NCBI GenBank assembly: GCA_964390635.1
Contig: CAYMIG010000001.1
Span: 203,321-267,320 of the forward strand
From: an uncultured Vampirovibrionales bacterium
GTDB lineage: Bacteria; Cyanobacteriota; Vampirovibrionia; Vampirovibrionales; Vampirovibrionaceae
Direction: 5' to 3'
Length of the DNA: 64,000 nt
Of the stretch, positions 8,913-18,572 are shown piece by piece (the stretch's first letter is position 1; every line of letters starts with the position of its first letter). A model generated the notes under the pieces. That model ran no database searches and was not told where the DNA came from. It saw only the letters and a list, made by a program, of their open reading frames with translations. The position numbers were made by a program, and so were the translations under genes.

Positions 8913-9728
8913 ATGAGCGAATCCAGCCCGATTGTCGCCGTCCTGCAAGCCCGGTTTTCGTCGCGTCGCCTGCCCGGCAAAGTCATGCGGCCCATCCTGG
9001 GCGAGCCAATGCTCTACCGTCAGATTGAGCGCATTCTGCGGGTTCGGCAAATCGATCGGCTGGTTGTGGCCACCAGTACCGATGCCACCGACGATCCCAT
9101 CGCCCGGATGGCTGAAGCCAAGGGCGTGGCCTGCTTTCGTGGCAGCCTGGACGACGTGCTGGATCGCTTCTACCAGGCCGCCCTGCCGTACCGGCCCATC
9201 CATGTGGTGCGGCTCACCGGGGATTGCCCCCTGGCCGATCCGGCGGTGATTGACGCCGCCATCGCCTTCCACCTGGAAAGTGGCAAAGACTACACCAGCA
9301 ACGCGCTGGAGCCCACTTTTCCCGACGGCCTGGATGTGGAGGTGATGCGCTTTGCGGCTCTCGAAAGTGCATGGCGCGAGGCCAAACTGCCTTCCCAGCG
9401 GGAGCATGTGACCCCCTTCATCTACCAGCACCCGGAAAACTTCGCTATTGGGCATTTCAGCCAGCCGGAAAACCTCTCCCAACTGCGCTGGACGGTGGAC
9501 GAGCCCGAGGATTTCGACCTGGTCACGGCTGTTTTTGAGCACCTGTATCCCCAAAAGCCGGATTTCGGGATGCGGGACGTGCTGGCCTTCCTGGATGCCA
9601 ACCCCGCCCTGGGCAACCGGAACAGCCGCTTCCGCCGCAACGAGGGCTATGACCAATCGCTGGCCGCGGATGCCGCCGCTGCGCAACAGAATTCCACCAT
9701 TCAGACTTCCCTGGAGGCGACCCCATGA
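8913..9728 (+). CDS. pseF: acylneuraminate-type cytidylyltransferase (CMP-nonulosonic acid synthetase, PseF/SpsF-like)
   Basis: N-terminal IVAVLQARFSSRRLPGKVMRPI matches the ARxxSxRLPGK nucleotide-binding signature of CTP_transf_3 enzymes. Located in a Pse locus with ATGA coupling to the next gene. Confidence 0.55.
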   Translation: MSESSPIVAVLQARFSSRRLPGKVMRPILGEPMLYRQIERILRVRQIDRLVVATSTDATDDPIARMAEAKGVACFRGSLDDVLDRFYQAALPYRPIHVVRLTGDCPLADPAVIDAAIAFHLESGKDYTSNALEPTFPDGLDVEVMRFAALESAWREAKLPSQREHVTPFIYQHPENFAIGHFSQPENLSQLRWTVDEPEDFDLVTAVFEHLYPQKPDFGMRDVLAFLDANPALGNRNSRFRRNEGYDQSLAADAAAAQQNSTIQTSLEATP

Positions 9729-10777
9729 CCACCATGACCATCGGCGCGGTTGAGAAAGTGATATTGTTTGGCGGCGGCCCCGCCATGCTGGCCTTTGCCG
9801 AGGAAAGCATCCGCCTGGGCCTTGCCCCTACGGTGTTTGCCGTTCCTCGTCACCTGGAAGAGGCCGTGGATTCCGACGGCAATACCCTGGAGCAGGTTCT
9901 TCTGCAAGCCGGCATTCCGTGTCACCGGGCTAGTGACGTAAACGGAAACCCGCAACTGGCCGCCCTGACCGCTGACGGCAAGGCTATGGGCATTGGCTTG
10001 GGCGAAGCCTACACCTTCAATCGCGACACCATCGAGGCGTTCGACGGCAAGCTGTTTGATTTCATGATCATCCGCCTGCCCCAGTATCGTGGCGGGGCGC
10101 ACTTTACCTGGCAGATCCTGCGAGGGCATCGCATCGGCTGCTGGAATATCCAGCTGATTAACGAGGAAATGGTGCCCGGGGTGTACGATTCCGCCCCCAT
10201 CATCAAGACCCGGGAGTTCATCATTCCGCAATCGGCGCGCATTCCGGCGGATTTCTTCGAGGTCTACCGCGAGGAGCAACTGGTGCTTTACCGGGAATTC
10301 GTGGCCGATATCCGTGCCGGGAAATCCTTTGAGCTGGCGTACTTACAGGAAAACTTTAGCCAGTATTACCCCCGCCTGCATACCAAGTCGCAAGGGCTCA
10401 TCGACTGGCGCTGGAGCGGCCCGGAAATCGAGCGCTTCATCTGCGCTTTCGACAACCCCTACCCCGGCGCCTCCACTTTTCTCGATGGGCAGCGCCTGTT
10501 CCTGAAGGACTGCCAGCTGGATGCCTCCGAAGGGGACTTCCACCCTTTTATGGCGGGCATGATCTACCGCATCCACGGCGATGCGGTCTTTGTGGGCGTC
10601 CGGGGCGGCGGGCTGATCGTCCGGGATATCCGCGATGAAGCGGGCACCGATGTCAGGCCCCGGCTGAAAGTGGGTCAGCGCCTGTACACCTCCTCGGCCC
10701 AGCTGGAGGCGGCCATGCTGTTCTCCGCCGATTACGACGCCGAGGGCCTGAAGCCCGCCCCCGCACCGGTTTCCTGA
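9725..10777 (+). CDS. formyltransferase family protein (Fmt/ArnA-N-like), putative sugar N-formyltransferase
   Basis: 350 aa. N-terminal Rossmann-like formyl_trans_N pattern (KVILFGGG...), then IIRLPQYRGGAHFTWQI resembling the Fmt-family catalytic loop, then a C-terminal domain. Confidence 0.55.
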   Translation: MTTMTIGAVEKVILFGGGPAMLAFAEESIRLGLAPTVFAVPRHLEEAVDSDGNTLEQVLLQAGIPCHRASDVNGNPQLAALTADGKAMGIGLGEAYTFNRDTIEAFDGKLFDFMIIRLPQYRGGAHFTWQILRGHRIGCWNIQLINEEMVPGVYDSAPIIKTREFIIPQSARIPADFFEVYREEQLVLYREFVADIRAGKSFELAYLQENFSQYYPRLHTKSQGLIDWRWSGPEIERFICAFDNPYPGASTFLDGQRLFLKDCQLDASEGDFHPFMAGMIYRIHGDAVFVGVRGGGLIVRDIRDEAGTDVRPRLKVGQRLYTSSAQLEAAMLFSADYDAEGLKPAPAPVS

Positions 10778-10878
10778 ACGGAAACAATTGTATAGATTGT
10801 CTGGGTTTGCTTCCATTACTGTAGTAAAATGCTAGGCAATCCCCGCACGCCGCCAACCGACCCCGGGCCACTGAACCG

Positions 10879-12666
10879 ATGGACTTGAAAAAAGACAAAG
10901 AGCACTATCTCAGGCTCATAGCATACATGAAGCCTCACCGAAAGCGGTTTTTCATCTCGGTGTTGTCTTCCATCCCGGCCTCCTCCCTGAACGGGGTGAT
11001 GGCTTTTGCCGCCGGCCCCTTGCTGGACAGGCTTTTAAAGGAGCAGGACTACATGATCCTGCTGGCCGTGCCGGCCCTGGTGTTTACGGCCATGGTGCTG
11101 CAAGGCGTTTTCGAGTACATCAACGGCTACACCTCCAGCTATCTCAGCTACAGCATCAGCCGGGACATCCAGCAGGACCTGTTCAACAAGCTGATTACGC
11201 TGGATCTGGCCTTCTTCAAGTCCCGCAACACGGGCGAAATCTTCACCCGCTTCTACACCGACTGCAACCGCCTGCAACAGGCCATCGTCTCCAATTTGCA
11301 GGATTTCTCCATCCAGGTGTTCAGCTTCCTGTTCCTGGCCGGGGTGCTGTTTTACCGCAACTGGCAGTTCGCCTTTATTTCCATCGCCATTATCTCGATG
11401 ATCTGCATTCCGCTGTATTTCATCTCGCAGCGCATCCGCCGGCTGGATCACCAGCTGCGCGAGGTGGCCGCCCGCATGGTGAACATCTTCAGCGAGTACA
11501 TCCTGGGAGTGAAAGAAATCAAAAGCTTCCAGCTGAACGGCTACCAGAAGAAGCGTTTCGAGAAGACGCAGGTGGATTACTTCTCCAGCCTGCTGTCCTC
11601 GGCCAAGGCCGGCATGCTGCTGCGCCCGCTGATGCAGCTGATTGCCGCCACCGGCTTCTGCACCATCTTCATCCTGGGCCTGTACCAGGTGCGGGACGGG
11701 CACATGAGCATCGGCGACTTCACCTCCTTCCTGCTGGCGCTGGTGATGCTGTACAAGCCGGTGAAAACCATCGGCGGCATCTTCAGCCAGGTGCAGCGCA
11801 TTATGGCCCCGGCGGAGCGGGTTTTCGAGCTGCTGGACACCGAGCCCGGCATGGTGGAATCCAGCGAAGGCGTTCAGGTGCCGGACTTCGAGTCGCTGGA
11901 ATTCCGCAACGTGTGGTTCGAGTACAAGCCCGGCAAGCCGGTGCTGAAGGACATCAATTTCTCTCTGAAACAGGGCGAGGTGCTGGCCCTGGTGGGCGCC
12001 AGCGGCGGCGGCAAAACCACCCTCGCCGACATGGTCTCCCGCTTTATGGATCCCACGGAAGGCGAAATTTTGCTCAACGGGCTCGATTTGAAAACGGTGT
12101 CCGTCAAGTCGCTGCGCCGCCTGATCGGGTTGGTTTCACAGGAAACCCTGCTGTTTGACGCGACCATCCGCGAAAACATCCGCCTGGGCCGCCTGGATGC
12201 CACCGACGAGGAAATCGAGCAGGCTGCCCGGGACGCCTGCCTGGGCGACTGGATCGATTCGCTGGCCGATGGGCTGGATACCAAGGTGGGCGAGCGGGGC
12301 GGCATGGTCTCCGGCGGGCAGAAGCAGCGGATTGCCCTGGCCCGGGCCTTCCTGAAGCGCAGCCCGGTGCTGGTGCTGGATGAGGCCACCAGCGCACTCG
12401 ACAACGAATCCGAGGCCCTCATCCAGGAGGCCACCAAGCGCCTGATGGAAAACCGCACGGTCATCGTCATCGCCCACCGGCTGTCCACGGTGCGCTATGC
12501 GGACCGCATCATGGTGCTTTCCGACGGGCAGGTCATCGAAACCGGCAGCCACGACGAGCTTCTGGAGAAAAAGGGCATGTACCACAAGCTGTATCACTTG
12601 CAGTTCCGCCACGAGGAGCCGGGCTTTCTGGAGCGCCTGAAAACCTCGGCGGGCCTGGCGGGGTGA
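10879..12666 (+). CDS. ABC transporter, fused permease/ATPase (MsbA/PglK-like lipid or lipid-linked glycan exporter)
   Basis: 595 aa. Six predicted TM helices, then Walker A GASGGGKTT, ABC signature VSGGQKQRIALARA, Walker B VLVLDEATSALD and an H-loop. Confidence 0.85.
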   Translation: MDLKKDKEHYLRLIAYMKPHRKRFFISVLSSIPASSLNGVMAFAAGPLLDRLLKEQDYMILLAVPALVFTAMVLQGVFEYINGYTSSYLSYSISRDIQQDLFNKLITLDLAFFKSRNTGEIFTRFYTDCNRLQQAIVSNLQDFSIQVFSFLFLAGVLFYRNWQFAFISIAIISMICIPLYFISQRIRRLDHQLREVAARMVNIFSEYILGVKEIKSFQLNGYQKKRFEKTQVDYFSSLLSSAKAGMLLRPLMQLIAATGFCTIFILGLYQVRDGHMSIGDFTSFLLALVMLYKPVKTIGGIFSQVQRIMAPAERVFELLDTEPGMVESSEGVQVPDFESLEFRNVWFEYKPGKPVLKDINFSLKQGEVLALVGASGGGKTTLADMVSRFMDPTEGEILLNGLDLKTVSVKSLRRLIGLVSQETLLFDATIRENIRLGRLDATDEEIEQAARDACLGDWIDSLADGLDTKVGERGGMVSGGQKQRIALARAFLKRSPVLVLDEATSALDNESEALIQEATKRLMENRTVIVIAHRLSTVRYADRIMVLSDGQVIETGSHDELLEKKGMYHKLYHLQFRHEEPGFLERLKTSAGLAG

Positions 12667-12676
12667 GGGTGCGGCC

Positions 12677-14020
12677 ATGATCAACACCTTGCTCTGGGGT
12701 TTCACCAAGGAGTATTCGCCCACCGTGCGCTACCTGCGCGAGGGGGGCGTGTGCGACGTGCGGGTGTGGATCGGCTCCGACAAGGAATGCACGCACTCGC
12801 GCAAAGACTTCATGACCATGCGGTTCAAGTACGAATCGCCCGAGCTTTGCGATGAGGCGGTCTACGAGACGGTCTTCCGCAACTACTACGCCTACCTCGA
12901 TCGCACCAACACCTTCAACCGCATGAACCAGCACAACATTTACGAGTACCTGAACCTGTTCAACCGGCAAATCAACTACTTCTACCACCTGCTGAAAAGC
13001 GAGGGCATCCAGCTGGTGGTGCTGAACCGCCCGCCGCACTACGGGCCGGATACCATCCTCTACGAAGTTGCCCGGGCTATGGGGCTCAAGATCCTCATTT
13101 TATGCCCCTCGTTTTTCGAGGACCGCTTCTGGTACTGCTTCGACATGGACGACTATGGCCGCTTCGCCGACGTGCCCGAGGTGCTGCCCTACCCGGAAGT
13201 GACCCTGGAGAAAAAGCATGAAAAATTCATTCCCTACCACCTGAACATCCCGGAGTACCGCTATTCCGTATGGCAGGCCATCCGGGACTTCAGCCAGGGC
13301 AAGCTGACCGCCTTCCAGAAGCTGGCCGAGTACCGCAAGTTCAAGCGCAACCTGAACGCCATGATCGATCCCCACATCGATCTTTCGCAAAAATTCGTCT
13401 ACTTCCCGCTGCACCTGCAACCTGAACTGTCCACCTCCACGCTGGGCGGCCTGTACTGCGACCAGGTACTGGCGCTGGAGCGCCTGTCCCGCCTGCTGCC
13501 GGACGATTTCTACATTTATGCCAAAGACCACCTGCTGCAAACCGAGTTTATGCGGGACGAGAATTATTTCGACCGCCTGCGGGCCATTCCCAACCTCAGG
13601 CTGACCCCCACCACCATGAGCACTTACGAGTTGATCCGGCATTCGCAGTTTGTAGCCACCATTGCCGGCACCGTGGGCTGGGAGGCCATTACTGGCGGCA
13701 AGAACGTGCTGCTGTTTGGCCAGACCTGGTATATGACCCTGCCGGGCGTTTTCCAGTTTAACGACACTTTCCGGCTGGAGCACATCCTGAATTACCAGCT
13801 GGCGCATGACACCCTGGAGCGCGCCGTGGGCAAGCTACAAAGCCGCATGGGCCGGGGTGTGCTTTCGCATGAATATTACCCGCTGAAGGATTTCGATGCC
13901 GAGCGCAACGGCCAGCGCCTTGCGGAGTTCCTGCATCAGGCCGCGGGGCACCTTTTCGGGGCATCCGGCCCGACTTCCCAAAGCGCCCGGCATGATGGCC
14001 GGTTGAGCGTTCCCCGCTAA
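12677..14020 (+). CDS. KpsS/KpsC-like (Capsule_synth, GT107-like) putative CMP-ulosonic acid (pseudaminyl) transferase
   Basis: 447 aa. Segment FVYFPLHLQPELSTSTLGG resembles the conserved PLHxQxDSQ-like region of KpsS/KpsC family retaining transferases. The family assignment is by motif recollection only. Confidence 0.4.
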   Translation: MINTLLWGFTKEYSPTVRYLREGGVCDVRVWIGSDKECTHSRKDFMTMRFKYESPELCDEAVYETVFRNYYAYLDRTNTFNRMNQHNIYEYLNLFNRQINYFYHLLKSEGIQLVVLNRPPHYGPDTILYEVARAMGLKILILCPSFFEDRFWYCFDMDDYGRFADVPEVLPYPEVTLEKKHEKFIPYHLNIPEYRYSVWQAIRDFSQGKLTAFQKLAEYRKFKRNLNAMIDPHIDLSQKFVYFPLHLQPELSTSTLGGLYCDQVLALERLSRLLPDDFYIYAKDHLLQTEFMRDENYFDRLRAIPNLRLTPTTMSTYELIRHSQFVATIAGTVGWEAITGGKNVLLFGQTWYMTLPGVFQFNDTFRLEHILNYQLAHDTLERAVGKLQSRMGRGVLSHEYYPLKDFDAERNGQRLAEFLHQAAGHLFGASGPTSQSARHDGRLSVPR

Positions 14021-15570
14021 AAGTAGTTGGCCAGGCCGGGCACCCGGGATTGCCGGTTGACCGGGCGGGGCCGGATGCCGGACCAGCGACAGTGTTCTTC
14101 ATCCAGCATGAGCTTTTGATTGGAAGTACTGCAGGTATAAAGCGGAACCCAGGGCTCTTTTTCCCAGGGACGCACGTTGCCCTCGTAATCCAGCGGCATG
14201 GGGATGGCGCTGACCAGCACGGTGATTTCGCGCAGCCGCTGTTTTTGCTCCGGGGTCAGGTGGGAGTATTCCAGGTTCACCAGCCCCCGCAGCTGCCGCT
14301 TGTCCCCGGAGGTCAGCATGTAGCCCGGCTTGATGCTCAGCTTGTGGTAAAAGTTGGCCACCCGGTAGGCCACAATGCCGGGGAAGCGTGGATAGTAATG
14401 CATGCCCGGATAGCAGGTTTTGTCCGGTTTGAACATGGCAAACGGTTCCAGGAGGGTGCCGTCGTCCAGCTTGCTTTGCAGCCGGTAGGCCACCCCACCA
14501 ATGATGTGCACTTTGGTGAACAGTTCGCCGCTCAGCTCACGCACGGTGTAAAAGGTCAGCTTTTCCAGCAGCGGGTGATCGGCGGTGTTTTTCCACAGGG
14601 CCGATTCGACCACGCTTGGGGGCAGAACCAGCCGCTTCAGCATGGGCTTGCTGAAAGAATAGAGCGACAACACCATGAAAAACACCAGCAGCGGCGCCAC
14701 CGCTTTTTCCAGGCGGGGGTTGGCCGGAACGGTGACCGGATTGTAGTGCAATTGCGGAGGCAGGCGTTTTTCCAGGAAGCCGGGCAGCTTGGTCATGCTT
14801 AAGAATAGTATTCCGTAGAACTGGCCCACAAAGCCGATAAGCCCCAGGGAGGCCGGAAAGATGAGCCCGCCGAAAAACACGAACGTGGCCAGCGCGGCAA
14901 CCCATCGAAGACGTTCGAACAGGAAGACCAGCAGGCCCACTTCCAGCACGATGGTGGCGTGGTTGATCAGCACCATGAGCCAGCGTTGATCGAGCATGGG
15001 GCTTGTCCAGTCCTGTTTTATCCACGGCTGCATGTAGAAGTAGTAAAATCCGTTGCCTTGCTGCCACAGCGGATCCAGCCATTTGAACACGCCCGCCGAG
15101 AAGAACAGCAAGCCGGCGTTAAAGCCCAGCATGAACACGGGCCAGACGGGCTGTAATGGCACGGGTGCCTCGGGCGATTTGCGCTTGCGCAGCCAGGCTT
15201 CCAGCGACCATACGCCGTCCAGTTTCAGGAACATGGACCAGAAGGAGATGAGCATGAGCAGGTCTTCCTGCGCCGACAGGCCCAGCGTGCGTCCCTTGCC
15301 CAGAGTAAGCATCAGCAGCACGTGCTGGATGACACTGGTGACCCGCCCGCCGATGCCCAGCGTCCAGACGAAAATGGCCACCAGCCAAAGGTGCCGGACC
15401 ACGTTGATAAAGGCCACCGTGCGTTCGGAGTGCCCATACCAGACCAGGGGCATCACTTCGGCGAACTTGATCCAGTAGTAAATCAGGAACAGCCCGAAGC
15501 CGATCCGGTAAATTGCCAGCCAATACGGGTTGGCGCTGGTTTTAATCAGCTTGTCCAGGAATTTGTTCAT
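14017..15570 (-). CDS. HTTM domain (vitamin K-dependent gamma-carboxylase-like) integral membrane protein
   Basis: 517 aa. N-terminal ~300 aa are polytopic membrane with the HTTM-like pattern (PYWLAIYRIGFGLFLIYYW ...). The C-terminal ~200 aa are soluble. Adjacent to a DCC-family gene, the usual HTTM partner. Confidence 0.5.
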   Translation of the reverse strand: MNKFLDKLIKTSANPYWLAIYRIGFGLFLIYYWIKFAEVMPLVWYGHSERTVAFINVVRHLWLVAIFVWTLGIGGRVTSVIQHVLLMLTLGKGRTLGLSAQEDLLMLISFWSMFLKLDGVWSLEAWLRKRKSPEAPVPLQPVWPVFMLGFNAGLLFFSAGVFKWLDPLWQQGNGFYYFYMQPWIKQDWTSPMLDQRWLMVLINHATIVLEVGLLVFLFERLRWVAALATFVFFGGLIFPASLGLIGFVGQFYGILFLSMTKLPGFLEKRLPPQLHYNPVTVPANPRLEKAVAPLLVFFMVLSLYSFSKPMLKRLVLPPSVVESALWKNTADHPLLEKLTFYTVRELSGELFTKVHIIGGVAYRLQSKLDDGTLLEPFAMFKPDKTCYPGMHYYPRFPGIVAYRVANFYHKLSIKPGYMLTSGDKRQLRGLVNLEYSHLTPEQKQRLREITVLVSAIPMPLDYEGNVRPWEKEPWVPLYTCSTSNQKLMLDEEHCRWSGIRPRPVNRQSRVPGLANYF

Positions 15571-15593
15571 AGCGTTCCGTCACTCTGTCGACT

Positions 15594-15977
15594 TTACCGA
15601 ATTTTGCAGGCTGTCAGCCCCAGCCGCTGGGAGATGGCCGCCCGGTTGCGGGCCACCAGGTTGTAAACCAGCACTTCGGCCAGCAGGAAAACGGGAATAA
15701 TATAAAGCAGCCAGATGAAGTACCGGTAGGGGGGAAATTGCAGGAAAAACCGGTTGAAGGCGAGCGCCCCGTGGCTGACCTGGCCGGTTTCGGTATCCAG
15801 AAAGTACATGCCCTTCTCAAAGCTGGCGTCGGACAGTTTATGGGCCTGCTTGAACGCCTCGTCCAACCCCTGGTAGGGCTCCACCTTGACCCGCCTGGTG
15901 GCCCGCAACGGGGCGATGGTGTCCACGAATTTCTGGCAGATGCCGCAGTCTCCGTCGTAAAAAAGGTATCGGGTCAT
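15594..15977 (-). CDS. thiol-disulfide oxidoreductase DCC family (DUF393)
   Basis: 127 aa starting MTRYLFYDGDCGICQKFV; the DGDCxxC motif is diagnostic of DCC/DUF393. The start ATG was confirmed as CAT at 15975-15977 on the plus strand. Confidence 0.7.
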   Translation of the reverse strand: MTRYLFYDGDCGICQKFVDTIAPLRATRRVKVEPYQGLDEAFKQAHKLSDASFEKGMYFLDTETGQVSHGALAFNRFFLQFPPYRYFIWLLYIIPVFLLAEVLVYNLVARNRAAISQRLGLTACKIR

Positions 15978-15982
15978 GGCGT

Positions 15983-16579
15983 TCACACGGTTTCCGCCGC
16001 AGCGGGCTCCTTGCGGTAGTTCAGGATGCGTGCGGGCACCCCGCCCACCACGGCATAGGGGGGAACGTCCTTGTTCACCACGGCGCCGGCAGCAATCACC
16101 GCCCCGTCGCCTACTTTTACGCCGTCCAGAATAGTCACGTGGCTGCCAATCCACACGTCTCGGCCAATTTCCACGCCCAGTTCCGAGAGGCCCTGGTCTT
16201 TGATGGGCCGATCCGGGTCGGCGAAGATGTGGTTGGCGGGGATAATGACCACCCCGTAGGCGATGGCGGTGTTGTCGCCGATGGTCAGGCCACCGTTGCC
16301 ACAGATGACCGAAAAGTGGTGTATCGAAACCCTCCGCCCGATGCGGATGGGGCCGCCCTTGGCAAGCAACTGCACGTAATCGCCAATGTGGGTGTCCTCG
16401 CCAAGCTCGATACTCCCCGGTGAGCGGGCCGACAGCGTGGCCTTGCCGGAAATATAGGTGGTCTTGCCCCAGCGCACGTTGCCATGCTCCTCGAACCACC
16501 AGAGCTTCCAGCGGTGTTTCAGCTTGTACCACCGGGGCAGGAAGCCTTTGAGAAACCATTTGTAGCGGCGAAGCTTCAT
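15983..16579 (-). CDS. left-handed beta-helix (hexapeptide repeat) acetyltransferase, WcaF/maltose O-acetyltransferase-like
   Basis: Repeated [LIV]-G-x-x-x-x hexapeptides, e.g. [49 protein letters not shown]. Confidence 0.8.
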   Translation of the reverse strand: MKLRRYKWFLKGFLPRWYKLKHRWKLWWFEEHGNVRWGKTTYISGKATLSARSPGSIELGEDTHIGDYVQLLAKGGPIRIGRRVSIHHFSVICGNGGLTIGDNTAIAYGVVIIPANHIFADPDRPIKDQGLSELGVEIGRDVWIGSHVTILDGVKVGDGAVIAAGAVVNKDVPPYAVVGGVPARILNYRKEPAAAETV

Positions 16580-16615
16580 GGGACTGGGTGATCCGGTTGG
16601 GGAGGTAACGGATGC

Positions 16616-17458
16616 CTAGGGTTTCAGTTTGCGGAACAGATACCCGGGCATGGGGAAGGTTGTAATCTGCTGGTACTGGGTTTCCAGGAAGCGTTTGCAC
16701 TCCAGCCGCACGTCGGCGGCCTCCTGCAAATGATCGCCCCGGATTTCGTTCTCTTTCATCGGGTAGCAGGAAGTCCAGAAGAAGCCGCCCACCGGCAGCG
16801 CGTCATACATGTTCTGGATAACCCGCATGGGCTCGCGCACGTGCTCCAGTACCTCGCCGGCAATCACGATGTCAGCCTTTTCAAGGCGCGGGTACAGGTT
16901 CGCCTCGGTCACCGGCAGCACATCCACCGCGATGCCGCGCTGGGCAAAGCGCCAGCGGGCAAAGTCCAGGTTGCCGCCTTCAATGTCCACCAGCTTTACC
17001 TGGTAGCCCTGGCTGGCAAAGGACAGGCCATAATCCGCCACCCCGCAGCCGTAGTCAATCACGGTGGTGCGCTTTCTCTCCGCCGGAGGGAACTGGGTGT
17101 TCAGGTATTTAATCAGCCGGAAAGCGGCGGGCACCCGGTTGATGGCCAGCATCAGGCGTCCCACGTACAGGCGCTGGGCGCGCTGGTAGTCCTCCAGCAG
17201 GCCGCTATCGGTGGTGAAGTTCTTGAAAATGTCAATGAGCGCCTGCTTGTTGTCGATGCTCTCGATCCGGCGGCAATCTTCCTCGCTCAGGCCGTAGAAG
17301 TCGGCCAGCTCGCGGCAGCGATCCGCCTGGTGATCCATGTTGGGATTCCGCTGGGTCAGCCGGATAAGCTGCTCTTCGGTCAGCTGGCTGGTCTCCGGGT
17401 CGGTCAGCAGCGTTTTCAGCTTCAGGGCCCGTTTTTGGATGGATTTCACCAGTTTCAC
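16616..17458 (-). CDS. class I SAM-dependent methyltransferase
   Basis: Motif I VIDYGCGVADYGL and motif II-like DIVIAGEVLEHV. The start was set at GTG (17458), preceded by GGAGGTGA; the longer ATG-started ORF lacks an SD. Confidence 0.65.
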   Translation of the reverse strand: MKLVKSIQKRALKLKTLLTDPETSQLTEEQLIRLTQRNPNMDHQADRCRELADFYGLSEEDCRRIESIDNKQALIDIFKNFTTDSGLLEDYQRAQRLYVGRLMLAINRVPAAFRLIKYLNTQFPPAERKRTTVIDYGCGVADYGLSFASQGYQVKLVDIEGGNLDFARWRFAQRGIAVDVLPVTEANLYPRLEKADIVIAGEVLEHVREPMRVIQNMYDALPVGGFFWTSCYPMKENEIRGDHLQEAADVRLECKRFLETQYQQITTFPMPGYLFRKLKP

Positions 17459-17542
17459 GTTCGCTTCACCTCCAGGGTTTTGCAACAGTGTAGTGGAAAA
17501 CCGGGCGTTCGCCAACCGCAATTGGCTTTGCGCAAAGGTTTA

Positions 17543-18514
17543 TTAATTGACCAGTTTGCGGAAGGATGCCCGGGTAAGGTAGCGGAACGCGCGGAAATTG
17601 TTCCGGTTCATGCGGAAGGCGTCGCCAAACAGCTTGATGGCGGCCTCGTTGTCGCCCAGGGTGTAGTATTTCCGGCCCAGCTCAAACAGTTGCAGGCTGT
17701 ACTTCTTGCGGTTGCGGCGGATGTCCTCTTCCATAAAGCGGCTGATGAAAGCCTGCTGCTCTCGTAAGGGGAGTTTTTCCAGGCTGTCGCTGCCGGTTTC
17801 GGCCCGCTGATGGTAGAGCATCTGGGCCAGGCTTTTCATTTGCAGCTGTACCAGCCGCCCTGACGACATGGAATGCCCATGAACGCGGTATTGGTACAGT
17901 ACTTCGGGGATAATGCCCATTTGATACCGATCCAGCACCCGCAGGTACAGCTCGTAGTCCACGGCGGCGGGGAAGGATTCCCGGTAGCCACCCGCTGATT
18001 CCAGCACCGGGCGGCGCATCATGACCGTGCCGTGGCAGATGGGGTTATCCGTGAGCAGCAGATTCTTCAGCGCCGCCGGGTCCGAGGGCAGGCTTTTGAC
18101 GGTTTTCAAGGGCTGGTTGCGGCTGTCCACCTGTGCGTAATAGCTGGCCACCAGCCCCAGCTCGGGATGAGACTCCAGGAAGGCGACCTGTTTTTCCAGC
18201 CGGGTGGGCATGCACAGGTCGTCGGCGTCCATGATGGCCAGCAGCAACCCGGCAGATGCCTGCCAGGCCCGGTTCAGGCTGGCTGCCCGCCCCGCCTGCT
18301 CTTGGTGTAAGGGGCGAATCCGGTTGTCCCGGGCGGCATAGGCGTCGAGTATCGCGCCGGTTCCATCCGTGGAGCCGTCGTTTACCACTACCGCCTCAAA
18401 GTGGGGATAGCTTTGGGCCAGCAGGCTGTCCAGGGCCTGGGGCAGGAAGGCCGCCTCGTTGCGGGCGGTCATCAGGACGGAAACGACGGGTGCCTGGATT
18501 GGCGGAGGGCTCAT
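17543..18514 (-). CDS. glycosyltransferase family 2
   Basis: N-terminal VSVLMTARNEAAFL...VVVNDGSTDGT...DADD fits the GT-A fold with DXD. Confidence 0.8.
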   Translation of the reverse strand: MSPPPIQAPVVSVLMTARNEAAFLPQALDSLLAQSYPHFEAVVVNDGSTDGTGAILDAYAARDNRIRPLHQEQAGRAASLNRAWQASAGLLLAIMDADDLCMPTRLEKQVAFLESHPELGLVASYYAQVDSRNQPLKTVKSLPSDPAALKNLLLTDNPICHGTVMMRRPVLESAGGYRESFPAAVDYELYLRVLDRYQMGIIPEVLYQYRVHGHSMSSGRLVQLQMKSLAQMLYHQRAETGSDSLEKLPLREQQAFISRFMEEDIRRNRKKYSLQLFELGRKYYTLGDNEAAIKLFGDAFRMNRNNFRAFRYLTRASFRKLVN

Positions 18515-18572
18515 GGGGATTCCTGTTGCGGATCACGGATGGGGCTACCAATTTTGTTATAGTACTACTGTT

